A stretch of DNA of 57,730 nt, counting the filler, from Sphacelaria rigidula (taxonomy: Eukaryota), in NCBI GenBank assembly GCA_964200075.2. It is 5 parts of 5 records of this genome, joined end to end, with 100 filler letters (N's around TTAATTAATTAA, not from the genome) between each part and the next. Parts side by side here need not be neighbours in the genome. Positions count along the whole stretch, not along the records: positions 46,267 to 57,730 come from CAXNAA020004894.1; 4 more parts are not named here. The stretch is one strand, 5' to 3'. The translations under genes were made by a program, and so were the position numbers. Positions 47,640-57,730 of the stretch are shown piece by piece; within the stretch, counting starts at the first letter, position 1, and each line of letters begins with the position of its first letter. Below the pieces are notes generated by a model. The model saw nothing but the letters and a program-made list of their open reading frames with translations, did not search any database and was not told the origin of the DNA.

Positions 47640-50326
47640 TGTAGTATAACAAGAGGTTATTTGACCCTTGGAGCAGACGTACTCAAAGTTTGACTAGAGT
47701 AGTTGTTGCTCTATTTCCCGTCCCCCAACGAAGGCCATGACCGGTCTTGTCGGTACGGCGTGGGGAGGGTATTTTCGGCGGGTGTAGGGCCGGAAATACC
47801 TTCAAGGAGTGATTCCTTCTCACTGCTACCCTTGGCCAAGGATGTGGTGTGGTGGTAGAGTTGGGTCAACACGGTGCTCATCAGGCACACCTACCCCTGT
47901 TCTAATGCAGCAGTATAATATGTCAACACCCTGAGTGCGAGCATACCCTGGTCTACAAGCAGTGTAACGTGTCTACACCCTGAGTGCGGGCATGTTGGAA
48001 TACGGTGTGTGCGCGGAGGCTGCGCGGAGGCTGTCGAAAGCTGGCACGTACACTCTTGATACAAAGGAGCGTTTGCCGGTGTGTAGACTGGCTTCGGCAA
48101 CAAGGACGGTTAGGTCTGGTTGAGCCTTCTGAACGAGACACTTACTACACACGTGTATCAGAGTGGATAATGAAGAGCAGTAGACCTAAATAAATCTTCG
48201 TATTGTGGCGAAATCACGCCGTCACGGTTGAGTATATAGTAGATTCTGGATTATGACCAGGGGACAAGGGCATCCTGTGGATGATGACCCTTGCTGTGCA
48301 GCCCAGGCCAGATGGTGCAGGGTTGCAGGTGTTTCACTTCGAGATAATGATAAGATGTTGTAAAGGCTGACAACTGAGAACCTTGAGGCCAGTGGAGCTG
48401 GGGAGTCCCTCAACAGCATTCAGACGCTGCAGTACTAGCAAACCTGCTAGCGTCACAATATCAATATTAGTGCTAGTGCTGGCGTGCTAGTAGATGCTAT
48501 CGTTCGAGACTGCTGAACATGTTTAGCAGCGAGAGTCTGGAAAACTAGTGATCAGCTTCGGGCACAGGGCTTCACGGACGCGTGAGGAGGCTTCAAGCTG
48601 AGGCAGCTGCAAAGGCGGCTGGCCCGTGATTGATCCAGACTGGAGACTTGCTGAAGCTGCGTACAGCGGGTGTTTATACGACTCCAGGGCTGTGTGGAGT
48701 GGCGAAGCAAGCAGGTGTGATTTGAAGTTCGAGAAAACCTTCGATTTTTCGCTTGAGAATGGAGATACCGGCAGTAGAGCCAGCGGACACAACAGTAACC
48801 CCAGTCATTCTAAGGGAAGAGTTGCGGCCGCCCAGTTACGGGAGTCTGTAATCTGAGGGTGCCTCTACATCGTTTTACACTAAATACTTGGAATAGAAAA
48901 GGAGGGTGGAGCATGCGAATGCAGGGGGTGCAGTGAGGCATCAGGTGGTTTCGATGGCGCAATTAGTACCAACACCCTTACAGCGCGCCTTCGCGAGGCG
49001 GTTCCATGAAAAGCATACCATAGCGCCGCTGCAGTCGGCCGCAGCGATAAAGAAACACGCAGGGCATGCGGCAGGCGCGGAGGTAGAGCTTATTCAGGCG
49101 TCCGCGGCAGTGGCAAAGGCTGTCGCAATGAACCGCAAGGGGAGGACCATGCGTGAGAAGGTGGAGCCCACAATGGGTAAGTTGGAAAGTTATTTTGCGG
49201 AAACTCCCAACGTAGAGATGATTTATCGTTCGTCCGATGGGAAATTTCGCCCAGGGCCCGCTGCGGTGGTTACTAAAGCGGTGGTGGAGGGTCCGGCCTC
49301 GGCGGAATTTAAGCAGGCCGTGCTTGTACAGTTACAGCACGAGACAAATTGGAAGTCGGACACGCACTTAGTCATGGATACGGTGGTGGCCGAAGCTCAG
49401 GCATGGCGGCGGGTCGACGTGTTCGGAAAATCATCCACGTCATCGCCGCATTCTTCGAGCTCGCATAACCACGGACCAAAATCCGCAGGCTCCAATTCCA
49501 CTTGTTTTTCAGTGTGGCCAGGCCGGTCACATTGCACGAAACTGCCGAACATCCTCTGAGGGGGAGTCTGGGAAGACGAGTGCCGCGCGCCCTCACAAAG
49601 GGAGAAGACAAGGTAGTCGCGGTGGCGGCGGTGGCGGATCCTCCAGCGGTGGAGGTGCCCAGTCGACTTCCCAGCAGCAGCAGCAGCAGCAGCAGCAGGG
49701 ACAGCGGCGTCAGTAGGGGTCCGGTTCCGGGTTCGGTTCAGCCGCAGGGGCTGCTGCTCCGCAACGGGCGGTGCAGGTGGGACCAACCTCTCTGGTGTCG
49801 GGCTCGGTGCCGGCGCTGTCGGCAGCAGAGCAGGGCGAGACGCCGGCTGCTGCGCCGGCCGGTTTTCAGCTGAAACTTGAATCCGCTGCTGCGCCGGCAG
49901 GGGTACCGCTGCAATTTGGTTCTGCGGGCGGGGCTTCGTACCCGCCGGCGGTGCCGGTGACCCCAGCGGGGGCGTCTCTGCCTGCGCCACGCGCGCAGCC
50001 GTGGCGTCAAGTGGGGATCATGACCCATCAGTCAGTGGAGCAGGTGCCGGTTGAGGACCACGACAATTATGTCCATGCCGAGTTATATTTGCCCGATCAA
50101 CGGGCGCGGGGAGCTAATTCTGTTGAAGCGGTGTTGGATTCAGGTGCCCACCTCACGAGCGTGTCGGTGTTACTCGTGGAGATACTGGAGCGTCTACTCC
50201 CCGGTGAGCAAATCCAATTCCGTTCTCGCTCGGGGCGCGGCAGGCCATCACCGCATCTGGGCAACGTGTAAATGTGACTGAACGCACGATTCCCCCAAAG
50301 TTGGCGTTCCTGACTACTTGGGGTGC
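47640..50326 (+). mobile_element. Truncated degenerate Ty3/Gypsy-type LTR retrotransposon (putative 5' LTR, PBS, gag, protease)
   Basis: Putative LTR 47640-48149 bounded by TGTAGTA...TACTACA. PBS-like GTGTATCAGAG at 48153-48163 (cf. TGGTATCAGAG for tRNAi-Met). Gag-like ORF 48906-49559 with a frameshifted zinc knuckle C-F-Q-CGQAGHIARNC near 49504-49546. Aspartic protease motif AVLDSGAHLTSVS near 50128-50167. No RT/IN seen, so the Gypsy assignment is inferred. Confidence 0.7.
48204..48457. mobile_element. LTR 'B', copy 1 (probable solo LTR)
   Basis: TGTGGCG...CGTCACA termini; direct repeat of 50327-50549; flanks GTAT/ATAT (possible 4-bp TSD with one mismatch). Confidence 0.8.
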
Positions 50327-50549
50327 TGTGGCGAAATCACGCCGTCACGGTTGAGTATATAGTGGATCCTGGATGATGACCCTTGCTGTGTAGCCCAGGC
50401 CAGATGGTGTTGGGCTGCAGGGGTTTCACTCCGAGATAATGATAAGGTGATGTAAAGGCTGACAACTGAAAACCTTGAGGCCAGGAGAGCTGGGGAGTCC
50501 CTCAACAACATTCAGACGCTGCAGTACTAGAAAACCTGTTAGCGTCACA
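50327..50549. mobile_element. LTR 'B', copy 2
   Basis: Same TG...CA repeat with a ~31-bp internal deletion. Flanks GGTGC / GATTG do not match. It joins the Gypsy protease region directly to the Copia RNase H region. Confidence 0.8.
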
Positions 50550-53500
50550 GATTGAAGAGATAGGTTCCAAATTTTCCGCATTCCGAAAGGGCAATTAACT
50601 CCGCTTCTGTCGTTGAAGTAGCTGTAATACGTGGTAGACTCGAAGTGAAATGAACTAGTCCGTTAGACACGAAAAATAACGTCCCCGCCGTGGATCGCAT
50701 TTCCCTCTGAAGTCCGGCATTACCATACCTTGAGGTTCTCCTGTCGTTGGGTCGATCGTCTCAAAGCCAGGCGGTTTTCTACATAATCCTGTTTCCTGTA
50801 GTTTGCCATTCAAGAAAGCAGTTCGTTCGTCGAGGGCTGAGATAGGCCAATTTTTCGCCGTAGCAATTGCCAGTAACAATCGCTGACTTTCCAACCTGCA
50901 AACCGGAGCGAAAGTACTTCCGCAGTCGAGTCCATGCCTCTGAGACCAACCTTGAACTACCAACCGGGCTTTAAAGCGCCCGTCGGCCTTGACCTTAAAG
51001 ACCCACCTTGTACCGATGATGTTGTTGTTGCTGGGAACAGAGCTGGCCGCGATGATGTCGGCTACTTCATGATTTTTAGTGCTTTGAAGTTGGTCCAGCA
51101 TGGCTTCTTTACATTTCTTTGCGTATGGTAAGCTCGATGCCTGTCGATAGTTGGTAGGTACGGAAACTGACGCGGGCGGTGCAACCTGTTCAACTCCGAC
51201 AGTGCCCATGTACTGACATACCATTCCTAGTGTTGCTGCAGCATGCTGACCCCCAAAAGACATGAAAGCTAGTCGTTTTAGCTCACTGGCTTGCCGTTTG
51301 TTAACGGGCCCAGAAGGAGGATGATGATTGGGACCGCCGACGGAACGCAACCTCCTTTGGGGTGATAGGCGGCGCTGTAGTCGGTGAATTGTCCTCCGTG
51401 GTGCTGTCCTCTAGCTGAGCTATACCATCGTAGATATTTATGTTGAAGTTGTTTGTGCCGTCATACTGTTCCTGATCAACTACACATTTACTGGGTTCCT
51501 GGATGTCCAATGTCGAAAAATCTTCATCACTGCAGGGAGCTCATGTTACTTGTTCGATGAAAGTGACGTTTCTGGAGCTGGATATTTTTCCCGAGTAGCG
51601 ATTGTAAATGCGGTACGACGGACGATCGGAATCATACCCTACTAACACTTCTTCCCAAGCCTTTTCGTCTAACTTACTGTGATGACGTTCCCTGTGCACA
51701 AACGCTCTCGAGCCGATTGTCCGCAAAAATGATAGCTTCAGTTGCTCAAGAAACATCCAAAAATATGGGGTATCCCCACCGATGCTCGGGTGCGGTAGGC
51801 GGTTGAATCACAAGACCAGTTGCAGCAATTTCTTCCCAAAGAAATTTCGGCAAATTCAATTCGTTCGGAAGACAACGTCTAACGTTCAAGATACTCCGCC
51901 CGTCTCTTTCACTGATGCCATTCTTCTGAGGAGTATATGGGCTGGTGAATTCTTGACGATACCCGTAGTTTTGCAGTACCTCTTAAAATAGTCCGCGATG
52001 TTTTCACCCCCACGGTCTGACCGCAGGCGCGGTGTATACGGAATCCTAAAGGAATAGCCAAATCTTGGATGAACCTGCAGAGCGTAATCAGGGTCTCATC
52101 CTTTGTCTTGATGAAGTAGAATACCTTGAAACGCGTGAAGTGATCCGTAAATTTTGCCATGTAACGATAGCCCCCCAGCGCCATGGGCGTGATCGATCCT
52201 GTTAGATCAGTGCTGACCAGTTGCAGTCGTTCCGAAATATTCGTGGAGTCTACAGTCTTTCGGTGGTTCTGCTGCACACTTCATTTAGTTTGCACTTTAA
52301 ACAAGGTGACAGTGACCCCTCAAAGTTCACATCTGATTCAGGAGTATTCAGTAGGCGGCGCATGACCTGCTCCGTGGGATGTCCAAGTCTCCTATGCCAA
52401 ATGTCTGCTCCCGCTGTGCCAGACATGGCTGCTGAAACTCCCGGCATGTCGTGGTAAATGGCTTCTGCAACAATGGTTGTCCCGATGCCCATAGATTCTC
52501 CTTACATAATTGTAGCTGTAAATGCTGAGCTGTTATTAATACTACCCGGTTTCGGAGAAACTTTCACGCTGATGTACTGTAACGCTCCGTTGTTGTCACT
52601 GTTGATAGGCACTTCAAACTTTCCAAGGTCGATATGAGACTCGTGAGAAAATATAGTCGAAGCCCCCTTCGCAAGAGCTTGCACAGGGGAGAACAGATGC
52701 TTCCCCAAACCTGGAAAGAAAACCCCATACCGTTTGGTGGTGAAGATGAATCTATCACTGTCGCAGCTATTGATGAACAAGTTTGTAGGCTGTTGTCGTT
52801 CGATGGTGCGGTTGTAAAAGCTGGATCGGCGACGGCTATATTGGCTTGGCGTTGATGTCCGTCGGAGTTGTTGCTGCCGATGTTGATGCTGTGGTTGCTC
52901 CTACTGTTGTTGCTGCTGCTGTTGTCGCGGTTGTTATTTCGATGGCGGGGATTTCCATGATGGTGATGGTTATTGTTGTTCCGAGCGTTGTTGGTCGCAT
53001 TCCCGCTATTCTGTTGAGATCTACACTCAGAATTGTCATGCTTGTCAGTATGATGGAAACTACACCAATTTACAGGCCTGTTCCTATGGTTTGAATGTAT
53101 TTTAGAACCACAGTCTCTGGCCTGATGTCCTGGCCTCCCGCAGGTGTAGCAATTTCCACGGAATTTCTGGGGTTGATTCAACGATTTCGACAGTGATGCC
53201 ACCAGCAGTGATGAATCTCGACCATGCGATTTTCCGGAGGTAAATATCATCGCCATGCGATTAGCATACATATTTCGCATTGTTGTTTCGATGCTCTGAA
53301 TACTGAGATCTGGATCACGCTCCGCATTGTACTTGATGAGGTCATACTCGCTTGTTAAATCTTCGATCACTATGTCAGTCAGCCTTTCTTCGGAAATGAC
53401 TTTGCCAACGTTGTCCAGTTCGTCCCGAAGCTGATACCCTTTGCTCAAGAAAGAATCAGGGTCTTGCTCTGGTGACATGGTGACGTTGTTAAGTTCTCTC

Positions 53501-54808
53501 ATGAAGATCCTCATTCTCTGCTTCAAAGAATTTTGATACTTGGAAATCGAAGCCTCCCATGCACGCTTACCGTTTGGTCTCTCTGAACCCTCGGCTGGAA
53601 ACGCAAAAAATAACTCGCTGCAGGACCGGTTGTAGGCAGGTACAAAACGTGGAACAATTGTTGATTGCATTGGTCCCAACTCTCTATCTCACGCGTGTTA
53701 GAAATCTGCCTCACATTTGACACCACGCTGGGAGAACGAAATTCTTGTGTAGAATGATGGTCTTCTTCGGTAGGTCCAGTCCCGTTCACCGCTGCGATCG
53801 CCTCGTCCGCCCCCGCGGTTGCCTCCACCGATGATGAATGCGGTCGAACGGACAACTGCTGGCGGGCGGTTTGAGAACGAGTTCTAGCAGGGCTAGATCT
53901 TGTGGCAGCTGGTTGCGGCAGGTCTACCTCAAAAAAATCTTCTTCGAGGATTTCCGCGGGGCGTTCGACCCCGTCGAGGATATCCGCAATCCCCGGATGA
54001 GTTAAATAAATGATAGCGCGCGTAGAGCGCATCCACTCGACGAACTTTGTACCGTCGAACTTGTTGATGCTCTTGATGAGCTGAGTCACAGATGGCTCTC
54101 CCGACATATCCATCTGCCTCACGATACTAATAAAACTTTCTCTTCACACCTGCAGATCTTTGGGAAAGATCAGGGTTCTTGACCCCTTGATTGTCTCTGC
54201 TGTGACGACCTTGACGTGACACCTCCGCGCTCGTGCTGACCGATGTAGTCTCGAACCGAAGGCTGATAACCTGAAGACGTTTGTGGTCGCGAACCGATAG
54301 CTCAAAAGCTGTTGACCTATGTGGTCGCGAATCGAGGCACAAAACCTGTTGGAAAATATTCGCTGGCATAGCACTGTCTCCCTAGACAGTTAAGCAGAGG
54401 CTTGCGCTGCAACAGTGAAGCTACTTGCGAGAAGCAGTGAAGTGAAAAACAAGATCGTGTAGTTCGGCGCTTCTGGCCTAAAATATCAAGCAGCCTCTTT
54501 TGCAAGAGAGAGCTGTTGAAGCAAAGACTGGGTTGCTGACGAGAGTGAGAAGCGGTGGCGAGCGCGAGCGAGCCTCAACTCTTTCCACTCTCTGGAGAAA
54601 AACCAATGCTGTACGCAAACCGAAACTCAAAATGTACCCTAATTCACCATGAAAAAGGTACAGTGAAACGACACATACGTAGTCTACAGTTTCACTTGAA
54701 TCGAAACATACAACATTTAACTCGTGCCGCTTATACAATACAGTATCTTGCAGCGACGATTTCAATCACACACAATGAACTTAGACTGCCCTGTCTAAAT
54801 TCGCAACA
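50550..54808 (-). mobile_element. Degenerate Ty1/Copia LTR retrotransposon
   Basis: Order on the minus strand: gag from 54122 (INKFDGTKFVEW; knuckle CYTCGRPGHQARDC), GAG-pre-integrase (WHRRLGHP...CLKC), integrase (LVSTDLTG; MAKFTDHFTRFK), RT N-part (WVFKVK..GRFKARLVVQG...TFAPV...TAFLNG), RNase H start (ATSTTEAELIAL). Many frameshifts; protease and the RT YxDD region appear deleted. The 5' LTR ends ...CTTCA at 54272; its start (54808 TGTTGCG or 54715 TGTTGTA) is uncertain. Confidence 0.93.
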
Positions 54809-54920
54809 CCCTCTACTGTTGGGCATGAGGAACATTCCTAGATCGCTCCGAGAACTGATCCACGACCCAACCGTCAGAAGGGTTCGGGGTTACCAACTGA
54901 GCCACCGGGGCGACCGGCTC

Positions 54921-55574
54921 TTTGTGTAAAGAGTGCTTGGTCGTCTCACCCGTGGTACCTGAACAGCTTTCGAACCAACTCTTCCTACTCGTAGTCGCTG
55001 TACCTGTACAGTCTGCCATCTCTGCCGTAAGACGGGAGAGCTGCGGCCAGCCAGTGCGCACGGTGTCCATACACGCACGATTCACTCGGCGGTTGTAGAT
55101 CGGTAGATGCGGAACTACGGGGTTTTCGAATATTGGTGTTCAAGTCAACTCAAGCAAAACATGTTGGGTATCCAACATTAGGCAGCGGGTAGGGGCAGCC
55201 GAGCCGTCGAATAGAACGGGGAGGGGCGGGGAAAACAAAGAATGATAAACTCGATCGTATTTCTACAAGCACCAAGTCGATATGAAGCAGGCACACGATA
55301 TACCTTCGAAAGCAAGCGTTGACGTACGTACAACAAGAGAGCCGGGGGGGACACCCGACACGAAGATAAACAACTGGCGTCGATCGAGTTCCCACAAGCA
55401 AGCACCAAGCCAGCGTAAAGCAGGCGCGCGGGATACCTCCGAGAGGAAGCGGCGCGCTGATACAGGCTGTCGCTTACGCCAGAGAGGCACACGTCCACGT
55501 CAGCTGTTCGATGTTTTGTGTAAAGAGTGCTTGGTCGTCTCACCCGTGGTACCTGAACGACTTTCACACCAACT
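54921..55574. repeat. 60-bp direct repeat pair (54921-54980, 55515-55574)
   Basis: TTTGTGTAAAGAGTGCTTGGTCGTCTCACCCGTGGTACCTGAAC is identical in both copies, which start 594 bp apart. Confidence 0.85.
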
Positions 55575-56158
55575 GTTGCGGCGAATATCGACTGTATATG
55601 TAGTAGGCGTTTCGAAGTGCGCTTGGCATGTGCAATAGGTCGTATTCCATTTGCACAGTAGCGTTTTGTTCCAGTTTTGAGGAATTGCGCACCCACTACG
55701 CCATACCTCCATCTTCCATTACCTAGTAACTTCGGTCCTAGCTAACCAGTAGCCAAGCCTAATAAAAAAGCTATCAGCCATCACCTGGAGACATCTCGCT
55801 CGCAAGCAAGCAAAGAGCGTCTCTCTGCACGTGAAAGTGAGTCTGTGCTTGCATGATACATGCAGTGCTGTTTGAACCGAACTCTTCGGAGAGTCTCTGG
55901 TGCAGCACAACTGCTTGACTACAGTAACGGTTACGCTGGCCGCTGGTGTTTCACCACCCCCAGCCTATGTCCCACGAGCTTGATATGCCACCCTGAGACT
56001 CGACCACGACATGGTGACCAATCGAGAAGATAGACAGTACTGGATGATCGCATCGCTGTAGAGCTGCACTGCTTCGCGTATTGTCTGCCTACGGTGTAGC
56101 ACAACAACCGTGATTTCCGTTCAGCTTGGGGTCCTCCAAGCACCGATCACGTGTTCAG

Positions 56159-56277
56159 GTGCCAGAATTTTACATGCCTGTTGGTTCCTCGAAGCGGCCA
56201 TCAGCGGGACAGAACGGAGCTGGGACACCTGGCTGCAACGTATGCTTGCCGCCTTCCGTGCCAACACGACAGCACAG
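56159..56277 (+). other. Possible internal coding exon
   Basis: TTCAG| acceptor and CAG|GTACGT donor enclose a protein-like frame ARILHACWFLEAAISGTERSWDTWLQRMLAAFRANTTAQ. Parent gene unknown. Confidence 0.35.
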
Positions 56278-57065
56278 GTACGTCCTGTGATTCATTATTT
56301 CACGTGCGCATGCTTCCGTGTACGAGCACTGTCATTTCTTCAAAAAAACGAAATTCAAAATTCCCGGTCGGGAATCTTACAGTACCGCACGTTCTATCAA
56401 TGTGTCCCATAGTCACAGCGGGCACGCTGTGTACGAAGTGCTTCGTAGACAGGAGGTAAGTACTGTTGATCCACTACTAGAGAGTGAAGTGTCCCGAGAC
56501 GGAAACCGGCGAACATGCGTGCGCAAAGTACACATGGGCGGCGATTGTTGGTGCTATGCACCTGGAGGTATTGCGAGACTGTAATCTGCGTTCATCATTG
56601 TTCAGCTGTGTACAGACAGTAAATAGCACTCGTGTCAGCTCTTGTGTCCCTGGCTGTTACATATTGGCCAGCGCATATGGTGGTACGCTGTTGGCACTGT
56701 ATTGTGTGCGGTGGCAGCGTGTTTGCGCCGTCTCCAGCTTTGTACCAAAGAACTCCGAGCGCACGCACAGGACTGCTCGAGCAATTGTTCGGATCATCCT
56801 GTGTGAGTCTGAATGAAACTCTGACCAACATACGTGGCATCTATGTTGGAGTCATCCTGGGGGCGAACAACGTTCAACGCCCGGCAAATGATGAAAAGCC
56901 CCTAGTATGATTGATTGATCTGCGGCATTGTGAAAAGTTATTGCACGGGTCAAGTCGTTTGGATTCGCTTCCGCTCCTCGTCACATCATGTCGCCACTAC
57001 AATGGGATCTTCTCATCGACCTACCTTTCGGCACATCATATCTACTCGACAAGCGGTATCGTCAC

Positions 57066-57156
57066 TCCACTACATGGGGCAACTTAGCGTCACTACATGG
57101 ACCAACCTATGATCACTACATGGGGCAACCTACCGTCACTTCATGGGGCAAACAAT
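57066..57156. repeat. Minisatellite, ~23-bp period, core CACTACATGGGGCAAC
   Basis: Four consecutive units at about 57068, 57091, 57114 and 57137, with weaker copies near 56995 and 57194. Confidence 0.75.
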
Positions 57157-57730
57157 TTTTCGCCACGACACTACAGAGGTATCGTGGCTTCTTCACTTCG
57201 GCAAACTTGGGGCAACCAGTGCCGATGCTCGGCAGCAGTAGATACATCGATTGTGTAAGATATTACATGCAGGGCTCACGCCTTGATCATTTTGTTTTGT
57301 CCACCCTTCCTCTACTGTAGGGTTGCGTTTGACTCTTCCCTTTACAGTGACCCATATTTTATTTTATTTTATTTTATTTTATTTTATTTTCTATTTGTAT
57401 CTACCATTTATGTCTTTATTTATTTTTGAGGCTTCGGAATTGCACACGAACATCGGAAGAGCACGCACTAATACTACACCCTCCCGTCCGCCTCTGCCGC
57501 TTTTGCTGGTCGATTTTTCTCGCTCCTGTCGCCCCGAACGTACCTGCCCAATGCCGCGGCGAGTCATACCATGGTCGTTGGTATCGCATTATACCATGTC
57601 AATGATGTGGGGTTTTCCCCCTCCTGTTATCTTTGTTTTTCTGTTCCTGATTGACACTTTCTACGATAGCCCCCCCCAAAAAAGTGCATGGTTTTGGGAG
57701 GCAAAATCTTCACGTAAATCGAAATGGGAA

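Noticed and set aside
49397-49990. 197-aa Pro/Ala-rich minus-strand ORF
   Set aside because: Antisense shadow of the GC-rich gag-protease linker.
57066-57156. CRISPR-like array
   Set aside because: Spacers are only about 7 bp, the context is eukaryotic and there are no cas genes; it is a minisatellite.

Overview
Eukaryotic, intron-rich genomic DNA. Gene style and repeat content suggest a brown alga (Phaeophyceae), which is an inference only. The window is five assembly segments joined by artificial 100-bp N44-TTAATTAATTAA-N44 spacers, plus two 10-N gaps. Two complete minus-strand genes can be spliced by hand with GT-AG sites and consistent phases: a 12-exon hnRNP A/D- or Musashi-like protein (2 RRMs, Gly/Tyr/Gln low-complexity tail, terminal PY motif; 9892->2339) and a 12-exon BCS1-like AAA+ ATPase (32636->24107). 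Also present are the first exon of ALG1 (40205->39531) and a divergently transcribed Lys/Gly-rich unknown gene starting at 41523. The rest is mostly nested transposon debris: three non-autonomous hAT elements, a long foldback element, a Stowaway-like MITE, an RTE LINE 3' end with tail fragments, and a Gypsy/LTR/Copia nest at 47.6-54.8 kb. The most unusual signal is a high-copy, modular, apparently structured short repeat family. It sits almost always in poly(C)/poly(G) tracts, and in one case has a ~20-bp target-site duplication with a matching empty site inside this window. A candidate NMD 'poison' cassette exon lies inside RRM1 of the hnRNP gene.
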